Below are positions 22,782 through 32,581 of a stretch of 32,581 bases of DNA, piece after piece. The stretch lies in contig JAUCBJ010002053.1 of NCBI GenBank assembly GCA_032718475.1, forward strand, positions 1-32,581, given 5' to 3'. Each line of letters starts with the position of its first letter. The stretch's first letter is position 1. Origin of the DNA: Nemertoderma westbladi. Its lineage: Eukaryota; Animalia; Xenacoelomorpha. The translations under genes and the position numbers were made by a program. A model generated the notes under the pieces. That model ran no database searches, had not been told where the DNA came from, and saw only the letters and a list, made by a program, of their open reading frames with translations.

Positions 22782-24335
22782 ATTAGCAAATTTTAAGCAG
22801 ATTTCGCCTAATCACTTTTTACCTCTTTCATTTCTATTCAGACATTTCTGACTCTAGCGGTATAGTGAGAACTGAAGATGGATTAGGGTCTCCAGCCCCA
22901 CAAAGACACAGCCTATGGATGAATAGTACATACGTACATCGGCCAAGTTTCATCTTGAATAACGGATAACGAAATGAGAGACGGATCTCACTTTCAGAAA
23001 TTTCGTCGTATAGCGGCAGACCGATTAAATCTCCCCCCCCCCCCCCACAAAGACGCAGCATGTGGTCCAGAATATAAGGCAAGATTCAGCTTAAACTGAT
23101 TAAAATCAATGAGACGGGAGAATCTATTCACTTTCAGGCATAAAGTAGTCCTATAGCGGGTGACTGTTGAACTGATTTTCAACAAAACAAATTTTAAACT
23201 TGGCAGCTTTAAATTCGACAAAGTTATAAGCATGTCAATATCATAACGACGACAACGATTTCACTTTCAGACATTTGGCCCTCTAGCGGTAGACTGGAGA
23301 ACTGCAGATGGATTCGCCTCCTTTGAAAGTCACAGCTAATGGTCTAATACATATCTGCCAAGTTTCAGCTTAAACGGATTAAAAGCAAAGAAATGGGAGG
23401 GCATTTAATGTTTAGACATGTGGCCCTCTAGCGGGAGACCATTGCACTGATGGTGTCTGAAAGTCTCTCAAAAATCTCAACTTTAGCTCATATTGATACC
23501 TACAAATTTTCAACTTGGCAGCTTTAAATCCGACAAAGTTATTAGCATGTCAAAATCGTAACGACGACAACGATTTCACTTTCAGACCTTTGGCCCTCTA
23601 GCGGCAGACTGGAGAACTGCAGATGGATTCGCCTCCTTTGAAAGTCACAGCTAATGGTCTAATACATATCTGCCAAGTTTCAGCTTAAACGGATTAAAAG
23701 CAAAGAAATGGGAGGGCATTTAATGTTTAGACATGTGGCCCTCTAGCGGGAGACCATTGCACTGATGGTGTCTGAAAGTGTCTCTCAAAAATCTCAACTT
23801 TTGCTCATATTGATACCTACAAATTTTCAACTTGGCAGCTTTAAATCCGACAAAGTTATTAGCATGTCAAAATCGTAACGACGACAACGATTTCACTTTC
23901 AGACCTTTGGCCCTCTAGCGGCAGACTGGAGAACTGCAGATGGATTCGCCTCCTTTGAAAGTCACAGCTAATGGTCTAATACATATCTGCCAAGTTTCAG
24001 CTTAAACGGATTAAAAGCAAAGAAATGGGAGGGCATTTAATGTTTAGACATGTGGCCCTCTAGCGGGAGACCATTGCACTGATGGTGTCTGAAAGTCTCT
24101 CAAAAATCTCAACTATTGCTCATATTGATACCTACAAATTTTCAACTTGGCAGCTTTAAATCCGACAAAGTTATTAGCATGTCAAAATCGTAACGAAGAC
24201 GACGACGACAACGACGCCTACGACGACGACGACAACGACGACGACGACGACAACTATTTGCATAAATTGACCCACCCCCTAACAGTGTCAATTCGCTAAG
24301 GCTCCGCCAACTTCGTGGCTCGCCCCACATAAGCA
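22782..24335 (-). mobile_element. Probable Helentron/HINE (DINE-1/pearl-like) element carrying the 315-bp array
   Basis: Minus-strand order: GC-rich head (gagccacgaagttggcggagc), (GTC)n microsatellite 24192-24252, tandem array, end with hairpin potential. Architecture-based inference; boundaries approximate. Confidence 0.45.
23190..24200. repeat. 315-317-bp tandem repeat, about 3.2 near-identical copies
   Basis: The taacg(a/g) anchor of the aacgacgacaacg motif recurs at 23245, 23560, 23877 and 24192. Degenerate sub-units extend left to about 22830. Confidence 0.95.
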
Positions 24336-25274
24336 CGTAATGGTACATACTAGTGTTCACACTGAGTACATAATTCATAAAATATAAGCAAGTAAGGCCT
24401 TATGTAGGGTACATAAGACTTAGAAAACATCCTAAGTTTTATGTTCTACATAAGATTTTGCGGGGGAAAATGAGTTCTTTTCAGTTGTGTTATTAATAGC
24501 CTATAATTATTTTAGGCTATTCTGTTTTAATTACAGACACAATGTGCGCTAGGCCTATTACAGGATGTGACGCGAGGCTGGTACTAGCTGTTTAAAGTTT
24601 TCAGTTCTTTTAATAATAAATAAATAATAAATAATAATATGGCCTATAGGACTTTTTAATAATAATAGGTATTTTGATAATGATATTTATCATAAATGAT
24701 AAATACGAGAGTCTCTTCACAGTATATAAATTAATTATTCGAATAATATGTTATGTACTTATGTATTCAGTGTGAATCAATTGATACATAAGCTTCGTTT
24801 TTATGTGCTTATGTAAATTTTGTTATGTACTTAGTATTTATGTGTTATTTGCCGCTTATGAGTGCAGTGTGAACCGGGCTTTATGGATATCCATCCGCAT
24901 CGCATTACTTTTACAGATTACATCAGTTTTTCATTAATTACAAAACCTTAGAATAACATAACAATCGGTAATAAATGGTTGTAATAATAGTAAATCACCT
25001 TTTTACAACAACTTCCGTACATTGGTAATTATCTTATTTATTTACATTAGATAATTTATAGTGATGGTAAAAGCTTACGATATTCATGAAATCATAATAA
25101 TAAAAATAATCGTTACACGTGGGGCAATAGCGCTTTTACTCTGGGTACGAATAATTATTGATCTGCCTATAAGAATATGTGCCGATGAATGCTTCCAAAA
25201 TTACAATTATACAATTATGCCAGTTGTTTTGGAATTATCTTTAGGCAATAAAAAGTAGTCAAATATCAACTCAC

Positions 25275-25380
25275 CAGTTGAAGTGCTAAGGCTGTTTTAT
25301 CCTGTTGGGGTAAATGAGTCTCCATCGCTAAAACTACACAGTTGGTCATAATGGTGAGCAGGATGAGATATTCAAAAGGA
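25275..25380 (-). CDS. Cav2: Cav2 coding exon 2 (106 nt), domain I S1: [35 protein letters not shown]
   Basis: Translated by hand (not in ORF track). AC acceptor and GTGAGT donor. Matches Cav2 IS1. Confidence 0.95.
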
Positions 25381-26216
25381 GTGCTTCGGGTTAAGGAAAA
25401 TACTACAAAAGTTAAATAATTATTTTATTTTCTTAATTATAAACAGTATTTATTCTTTGAATTTCAGGTCAGGTCAGGTGAAAGTTCAACCTCAACCAGA
25501 CTGGGGCCTTGGTCATATTACCAATTTGACATTAATATGGCAAAACCCGGTACTAAGTGCTATGGCATTAGAAAACAATGTGCAGTATACTAATAGTAAA
25601 ACCCAGTTCTCTACCAATGGTGCAATGGTTGGTCGCAGGTCGCATTAATTATTAAATTAAATCAATCGTCATTAAATTAATTTCAATTTCATGTTAATAT
25701 ATTCCAGTCTACATCTTTCCAGTGACACTTAAGAGTATGTTATGATCAGGCATCTGGTAATTCACGATAGGGCATTCGATGGAACAACACTGTCAATTTT
25801 GTCCCAACCCATGTAATATTGAAATACCAATCAACCAAATCATCCGCCAAATCACCCTAGTATTAACTCACTTTACCCAAACTCAATCTGGTTTGGGAGG
25901 CAAGCGATGTGGTCCAGAGTGGGGTGGATGCCTCTCATACCTTAACTGTGTTCATGGGTTTACCAGCATATGACCTATGTTAGGAACTGTAAATGCTCAC
26001 GGTATGTCCTTTATAAACTGACTGTTGGAGTTTAGTGGGGTAAGACGAAATTAATCCAATAATGTTGGAAACATGCCATTTCACGATATGATTGGAGCTC
26101 GTTGCAAGATATAATTTCACTGCAATGCCTCATTCGTTTAGTGATCGTTCTCCTTAAAACCTGTGTACAATGTATAATGTACAATGCATGAGAATGTATA
26201 GGAACCGAATGATCTT

Positions 26217-26340
26217 CTGCAGTAAGAGCCGGGCTGAGGTTGCCACATAGGATGCCCTGCAGTAAGAGCCGGGCTGAGGTTGCCTCATGGGATGCCCTGC
26301 AGTAAGTGCTGGGCTGAGGTTGCCACATAGGATGCCCTGC
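26217..26340. repeat. 40-bp tandem repeat, 3.1 copies, inside the decayed antisense RTE
   Basis: CTGCAGTAAGAGCCGGGCTGAGGTTGCCACATAGGATGCC at 26217, 26257 and 26297. Confidence 0.95.
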
Positions 26341-27166
26341 CCTTTTGTTCGGAGGTCTTTATCAGATCACAAAGTCCAAGATTTGATTGCAGCAATGATC
26401 TCATAGTCCTGAGGATCTTAAATGTGCATGGATGGAAGACAGAATCACAGGCCTTGCGCCTTTGTGAAGTCTTGGGTACTTCTATCTTTTCAGAACCACT
26501 TTCGGTTACTTATGCTGGAGTCTTTTAACATGATTCCTTATCTGGTACATTATTATTATGTTAAAATAGCTTAGACTTAGGTGGAATCGAAATCAAGCTG
26601 ATTCCATGAAATGACTCATAATACTTTGAGGGGAGTTAGTCCTCATTTCGTATTGTATAATCTTCGCGTTGCGCATGTGTTGGGGGATGAGAAGAATTAG
26701 TTCTAAGCATTCAATGATCTTGAATGCCTCAGGAATTATGCAATCAACAACACCAACAGAGGGTTGAAGTTAATAGAAGCTGCAGAAGTTACTATTTCAG
26801 AAAACGTGATATTACCTGTGGAGATGTCTTTGGGTATTGTGATGACACATGATGTATGTTGAAATCTTTCTTCCAGTGAGAAGATTAATTCATTAACAAA
26901 TGAATTAACAGCGGATTTCGTTATATTTAAATTGATTGATTAACTGATTAATTGATTAACTAACGGATTCACTTTTATCAGCAGCATTGTTGGCAGCAAT
27001 ATGTTTAGTGACTATCTCAGCCTGATTGCCTCAGTACAGTCAATTCAGGGCAGCCGCTGCAGCCATAATTGCTAATATAGCAACTGTTGATATCGCCATC
27101 CTATACAGATACACCTGTTGGGCTTCTGCTTGCGCCTTCAATCAATTCTGTATGTATTTGAAAATG

Positions 27167-29600
27167 GAAATGGAAACGGTATCTCTGGAAATGGATTGTT
27201 TTCGGCTGGAACCCAGTTCAACAAGCGAACTGGAAAGCTATGGACTCATTGTGGACCCAGTGGTCACAAGTCCCAGATAGACCATATCCTGTTTCGTAGG
27301 AAATACAGGAGCTCTATACAAGACTGTAATGTAATGCATTTACACTACGACCCTTCTCCAGTGATCACCGCCTTATTGTGGCCAAGGTAAGACTTAGTCT
27401 GCGTGCTAGCAGAACAACGAAATCTGCCTTGCCGCGGCATGACTGGTCCTCTCTGTTGCAACAGCCGAGTGTGAGATCCAGCTTCACACTACAGCTGAGC
27501 AACAGGTATGAGGCTCTTGCCTCTGAGGCGGCAGATCACTGTGAGGGCTATACTGCCTTCACAGAGGCAGTTAAGTTAGCAGCTGCAGAAACAGTTCCTG
27601 TATGCCCTCGAAACAGGAAACGGGCCCCCTGGACTGACAACAAAATTCAGAAGTGCCGAAATGACCTCTACAAGGCGCAGAAAGAGTCCCGACTCAAACA
27701 GACTACAGCGGCCATGAATGCAGTTAAGGCTGCATCTAGGTCCCTGAACAGGCAGTACTCGGTTAATTTACAGGAGCTAATAAACCAACAGGTTGATGCC
27801 ATCAATGATGCTGACGACAGCAGGCAATCATCCCAGGCATGGAGATCGATCAACTTGCTTGCTGGTCGAAAAAGCCAACCAACCACCAAGGTTAAGGCTG
27901 AATCACCAGCCGATCGCCTCAATGGTTGGAAGGCCCACTTTGAAAAGCTCCTCAATAATGACAGGGTATTGCCTGATAACTTTATAGAAGTAAAAGTGTC
28001 TGAGTCTGTACTCCCAGATATTCCTATTGGTGATATCTCCTTTGCAGAAGTGAAGGCTGCTGCAAAGAGCATTAAGACCAATCGTGCCAGTGGAGTAGAT
28101 GGTGTTCCCCCTGAGGTCTTTAAAATACCTGAGTGTTTAAAGCTCATCTATCCCAACAAGAGTCCCACACGAAATGAAAACAAATAAGTTGGTGCCAGTT
28201 CCCAAGAAGGGCAACCTAACACTCTATGGTTCTTTTCGGGGAATCTCATTGATCTCAATTGCTGCAAAGCTATACTATAGAATTCTATTAAATCGCATCA
28301 GAGATCCCATTGAGAGACTGCTCCGTGGAAATCAGAATGGGTTCCGTAAAGGTCGTGGGACCATGGAGCCCATTTTGGCACTTAGAAGGATAATTGAAGA
28401 GTTATCAAAAAAGAAAGACAGGCATCTGGCTGTTATCTTTGTTGACTTCTTCAAGGCCTTTGATTCAGTCTCTCGCTCACGTATGTTCAGCATACTTTCA
28501 TTATATGGGATTCCTGATGAAATTATTGCAGCAATCAGATCAGTATACGATGGTTCTACAACATTTGTGTCTACTGTTGACGGTGACACAGAACCATTTG
28601 AAGTGTTATGAGGCGTCCTCCAGGGAGACACACTTGCACCATTCTTGTTCATAATTGTTGTTGACTATGTTCTACGCATGTCCTTAGATCATCATAATGA
28701 TGATGGAGTGATGATAACTCCACCTACTGGCTCCAGAAGTCGAGGAAATCCTGCCAAGTACCTAACTGATCTAGACTTTGCTGATGACTTAGGAGTACTC
28801 TCAGAATCACTAGAGGGAGCCCAACGGCTCCTCAGCTCATTAGAACATGCTGCTTCTAGTGTTGGTCTTTTTATTAACTCCAGAAAGACCAAAATTTTGA
28901 CAGTTAACTTTGAAAGTCCTCAGCAAGTCTCTGATTGGATGAGCATAAGCTCAAAAGATGGTATGCTTGAGCATGTGGATGACTTCTGTTACCTGGGATC
29001 ATGGATCCGGAAATCAGGTGAGGACCTTCGAATACGTAAGGGAAAGGCATGGGCAGCCTTGAATAGGCTTTCCAGGATTTGGAAGTCACCGAGAATTAAT
29101 CGGAAACTTAAGGTCCGGTTATTTAGAGCAGCAGTAGTTCCAGTACTCCTCTATGGGAGTCCATGCTGGGCTCTAACTGCTGAGGACACCAAATCTCTGG
29201 ATGGCACATTCACAAGAATGCTACGCCGGGTTCATTGTGTCAAGTTCAATGCCCACATCTCCAACCAGACACTATATAACATTGGAGGTGTCTCATTGGT
29301 TCCCCCAAGCTTGACACTAGAACAAAATCGCCTCCGCTTTGCAGGACATTGCTTTCGCCGTGAGGACCAGCCAGTGCATAATCTTGTACTTTGGCAGCCT
29401 CATGGAGTGAATAAGCATGGTGGACAGCCCATGATTTTCTTGAGACGCATCTTAAAGGACACTGGCCTTGAAGATGCGGATGATCTAGCAAATGTCATGG
29501 GTGATAGGGAGTTGTGGCGGTGCAATTTTGTCGATAAGCCGGCACAGCATTCTTAAAAATGCAGCTGCAATGCAGCATGCCGATCCTAGTAGTAGTAGTA
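27167..29600 (+). mobile_element. RTE-clade LINE, 5'-truncated, with disrupted ORF (end of APE endonuclease, RT, C-terminal domain)
   Basis: QIDHIL (APE), LVPVPKKG, RGISL, NQNGFR.GRGT, FVDF.KAFDSV, GVLQGD.LAP.LF, DFADD, RLRFAGHCFR and DRELWR. Short 3' UTR and (TAG)n tail. Frameshifts near 27380 and 28175 and an in-frame TGA at 28609-28611. Flanked by GTATGTATTTGA(A/C)AATG at 27150-27166 and 29601-29617. Confidence 0.95.
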
Positions 29601-30637
29601 GTATGTATTTGACAATGCATGGGATTTTAGTTCTCTTCTTTGCAAATAAATGGCACTGCCATTACTGATTACCATTACTGATAGTATTCCTAAATTATGT
29701 GCACCTCTTCTCACAGTGGTCAATATGTGTACTAACCAGTTTAACACTATGGTTCTTCAAGGCAGATCAGTCATGCCGAGCTGATGTCATCTGCGCAGTC
29801 TTGTTTGAACACTAACTACTAACTAAGTTTAGTTCTGCGTGCATAACGAAACATTGGTCAGTTTGGAAAGGCATTCATGGACAGAGTTTATATACTTCGA
29901 ATAAAATAGGAATGTGTCGGTATACTATAATTTAATAGGTTTCTTCTGAAACTGTGTCAGCTGATAACAGCTCATTAGCAAGAATGACTTCAGTATGGGC
30001 TCCAGTAATATTATCATTCATGGACTCCAGTCAGATATTGGTCTAATCTCAATTTCAGCTAAGTTAGATTATTCTCAATAAAATCTGAGATCTCTTAGAA
30101 AGGCCAATGCGAGTGAGTGCAAATGGTTTTCTCCAGTGCTTTCGCACCTTGATAAAATGTTATCACTTTGGAAACCCTTAGAGGATGAGATTCCACCATA
30201 ATTACAGAGCACACCATTGCTTCATATGCGTGGTATATCCAAGATTGTGCAGTGCATCCTGCAATACATACTGGTTTAATTACCATTCAGGACTTGGCAC
30301 TTTTAACAAATTGTGTAAGACCAAGAAATATTCGGCTGTTAGTATATCCCTCAAACGGAACTTGTTCGGAGTGGCTCAACAGCCAATTAGTTAGATTGTA
30401 TGGGTGGGCATGACTGCATGAAATCCTTGAATGGTATATACAGCAGGGAGTTGCATAAGCAATATGATGCTTTCAAAACGCCATACTGTACATGGGAATT
30501 CATTCTTTGGAAGCAGCGTCTCAGGTTCGCTTGACCCTGCAAGGGGATCCTGCAGTGTCCAGCGACAAGGGAGAGCATTTGGACAAGTTATCCACCAAAT
30601 TCAGATATTATTATCCAGAGAGATAACTCCTTCCAAT

Positions 30638-31358
30638 GGTGTTCGGACACTTCCCCCCCGGACACTTCCCCCACGGACAATTTAATTATAGGTATTATTA
30701 TGTAATAGTCTTCTTCAAATTGTAGCAGATGGGGATTGTAGCAGATGGTTATTGTTGCAATCAAAATTATACCTCTCCAGGGACATTTATAGATATTATA
30801 CACACTACATATTAAATTTCCTGGTTACTTGCAATATATTTAATAGGATTTTGTTGAATTATATAATATTGTAGAAATTGTTATATTAATTTGATTAACA
30901 TTCAATACAGCTCCTACTTTAGGCTTAGTCAATTTATTATCTGATGATACAAACATGAATTAATTATTTCAAAATGGTCTTAAGTCTTTCACTACGGGCA
31001 CTCAGGGAATGCCGGGGTTTGGGGGCGGCAGCCCCCAAGAAAAGAAGCGGGGGTTTGGGGGCGCCAGCCCCAAATTAAAAGAAAAACAAACAAAACTTGA
31101 CTATAAAAATGTTTCTTTTATAATTTTGAAAAAACTTGTCTAGATACAACTTGTCCTGTAACCATCTTTAACTTTTGTTTATTGCTTTGATGCACCCAGA
31201 TTAACTTTAACACTTTAACTGGGGGGGAAGTGTCCGGGGGGCAAGTGTCCGAGGGGGGGGGGAGTGTCCGGGGGGGAGGGGGGGGAGAAGTGTCCGGGGG
31301 GAACTGTCCGGGGGGGAACTGTCCGGGGGGGGGGGGGGGGGGGGAGTGTCCTAGATCC
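30638..31358. mobile_element. Foldback-type non-autonomous DNA element with subterminal tandem repeats (MULE- or Merlin-like)
   Basis: GGACACTTCCCCC repeats at the left end and inverted GGGGGAAGTGTCC repeats at the right end; GG...CC termini. Flanking duplication (C)CTTCCAAT at 30629/30630-30637 and 31358/31359-31366. Confidence 0.8.
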
Positions 31359-31882
31359 CTTCCAATTGTACATGTACAGTGCCCTAGGTAACGGCTCAAT
31401 TCATGCACTACTGTACAGTTCAACCTTCCACACAAATCCACTTTTAGACACATAAATTGGTAGTTTTTTTTTCATATTTTAAATCTTGAATGAAAATCAA
31501 AAATATTATAATTTTTTTTAGTGGTGCGTTAAATAGTGAATTAGTAAGAATAGATTCCAGAACTTGCTTATTGAGTAAAACATTATTTTGAAGAAACACA
31601 TATGGAGGAAATCAGAATTCACTATTTGGACGATAAGTGTAGGCCTACTTATTTTACGGTTATAGTAATATAAGTTACAGTAAGACCGCCTTACACGGTG
31701 CAACTTTTAATGCAGACACTTAGCAACATGTTGCGGCAATTTATTTTATCTTCATCTTTTTGAAAAATTAACTAAATCCAATTGCCGCGACATGAATTGG
31801 GCCTAAACACACATAATTATTTGATTTTATTAGTGATCAGATTTTATTATTTTATTAGAGATTTTATGCAAGTAAAGGATAT

Positions 31883-32172
31883 GGCCATTCGATGAGCTTC
31901 TTGCACCACTTCCGAAGAAAGTTTTCCGGACTGAGAATATACAACGCATTCTTGTTGTGGAACACAAAATTAAACCAACGATTGCTTCTCCATGATGAAG
32001 GAGTCTGAAGAGTTGACACAGAAATGGCGCGTTTAGCGACAGCTTTGAATCGTTTTGTTGCGCTGGCTTTCTGCGGCGTGGCGGTGGCTGTTGTCGGGTT
32101 GGATGTGGATGCCATCGGCCAACCCATGGCCTGTCCCACAATGTCATTGGCTTTCCGAGTGTCTGCCGCCAT
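31883..32172 (-). CDS. Cav2: Cav2 coding exon 1 (290 nt), N-terminal cytoplasmic region ending ...ALYILSPENFLRKWCKKLIEW(P)
   Basis: ATG at 32172 in agaATGG context with an in-frame TAA upstream (32223-32221). The end matches the Cav pre-S1 motif (SLF.F...N..RK..K...EWP). Followed by the U12 donor ATATCCTTT. Confidence 0.85.
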
Positions 32173-32581
32173 TCTATAGAGTTGTTTGGCGACAATGTTT
32201 GTCGTTGGAGCTTCGGGGTGTTATGCACCCGAATTCTGCAGACAGGCAGACGGCCGTGCGTCTGATCCCTGTAGATGTGGGCGAGTCTTTGCGTTACGAT
32301 AAGTATACAATAACGTAGGTTTACCCTGGTCGCGTAGCAATTACAATGGAGGCAGTAATTTTGGAGAAGGTTGCGCAGAGGATAGGGTTCTGACTGTGAC
32401 ATGAGAAGGATTAGCCAGATTCCAGGTCTGAATGTAATCGATACAACGTATTATATCATTATAACTCGAATTCAAATCAGTAATACAATAATTATGTTGA
32501 TATTCACTATTGTTTAAACGAAATATAATAAAATAATAATATTATTAAAACAATGTTGAATTATAAGGTTAACAATATCTG

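Larger units (their letters stand above)
22678..24880. mobile_element. Harbinger-like MITE host, expanded by a nested insertion
   Basis: TIRs AGGCCGGTTCACACTGCACATATAA (from 22678) and reverse complement AGCCCGGTTCACACTGCACTCATAA (to 24880). TTA on the right side only, so the TSD is not confirmed. Confidence 0.6.
26030..29820 (-). mobile_element. Old, heavily decayed RTE copy in antisense, interrupted by the young RTE at 27167-29600
   Basis: Minus-strand patches align colinearly with the young copy: cggcatgactg near 29775, aaggcgca near 27135, gacatctccacaggtaatatcacgttttctgaa, cctgaggcattcaagatc, ggaatcagcttgatttcgatt (GISLIS), gatcattgctgcaatc, and ILCGNLSPALTAED versus LLYGSPCWALTAED. Ends are approximate. 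Confidence 0.7.
25381..31882 (-). other. U12-type (minor spliceosome) AT-AC intron, 6502 nt
   Basis: 5' site ATATCCTTT (31882-31874); branch site TTCCTTAAC (25398-25390); terminal AC (25382-25381). The junction TGG CC|T CCT TTT GAA restores W-P-P-F-E. Confidence 0.95.
1098..32172 (-). other. Cav2: Cav2-type (P/Q/N/R-family) voltage-gated calcium channel alpha-1 subunit gene, 5' portion (N-terminus to domain I P-loop); continues beyond the left edge of the window
   Basis: Six exons join in frame. Cav2-diagnostic residues: EWPPFEY, HLP..DKT, LRPLKLVSG, VVLKSI, PLLQI (Cav1 has EWKPF, LRPLRLVSG, VVLNSI, PLLHI). Filter motif TMEGW is present. Confidence 0.95.

Overview
AT-rich animal (invertebrate-like) genomic DNA. 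The minus strand carries the 5' part of a Cav2-type voltage-gated calcium channel alpha-1 gene: six coding exons (32172-31883, 25380-25275, 22450-22311, 9718-9624, 3805-3653, 1288-1098) that splice in frame from the N-terminus to the domain I pore loop (TMEGW). The gene continues past position 1. Its first coding-region intron is a 6502-nt U12-type AT-AC intron. The domain I S4 has Gln at the first gating-Arg position, equivalent to human Cav2.1 R192Q. The intron between exons 4 and 5 holds two intact antisense nested genes with uninterrupted ORFs: CFAP107/C1orf158 (with an RFX X-box and CCAAT boxes upstream) and a NIPSNAP3-like gene. The introns are full of transposons. These include a young RTE LINE with a 17-bp TSD inserted into an older antisense RTE, several RTE relics and a 282-bp RTE-tailed short retroposon with a 12-bp TSD. 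There are also Academ-like, Harbinger-like, pogo-like and foldback non-autonomous DNA elements, three small elements sharing a core but differing in their arms, and several minisatellites. All homology calls are by eye or from memory; no searches were run.
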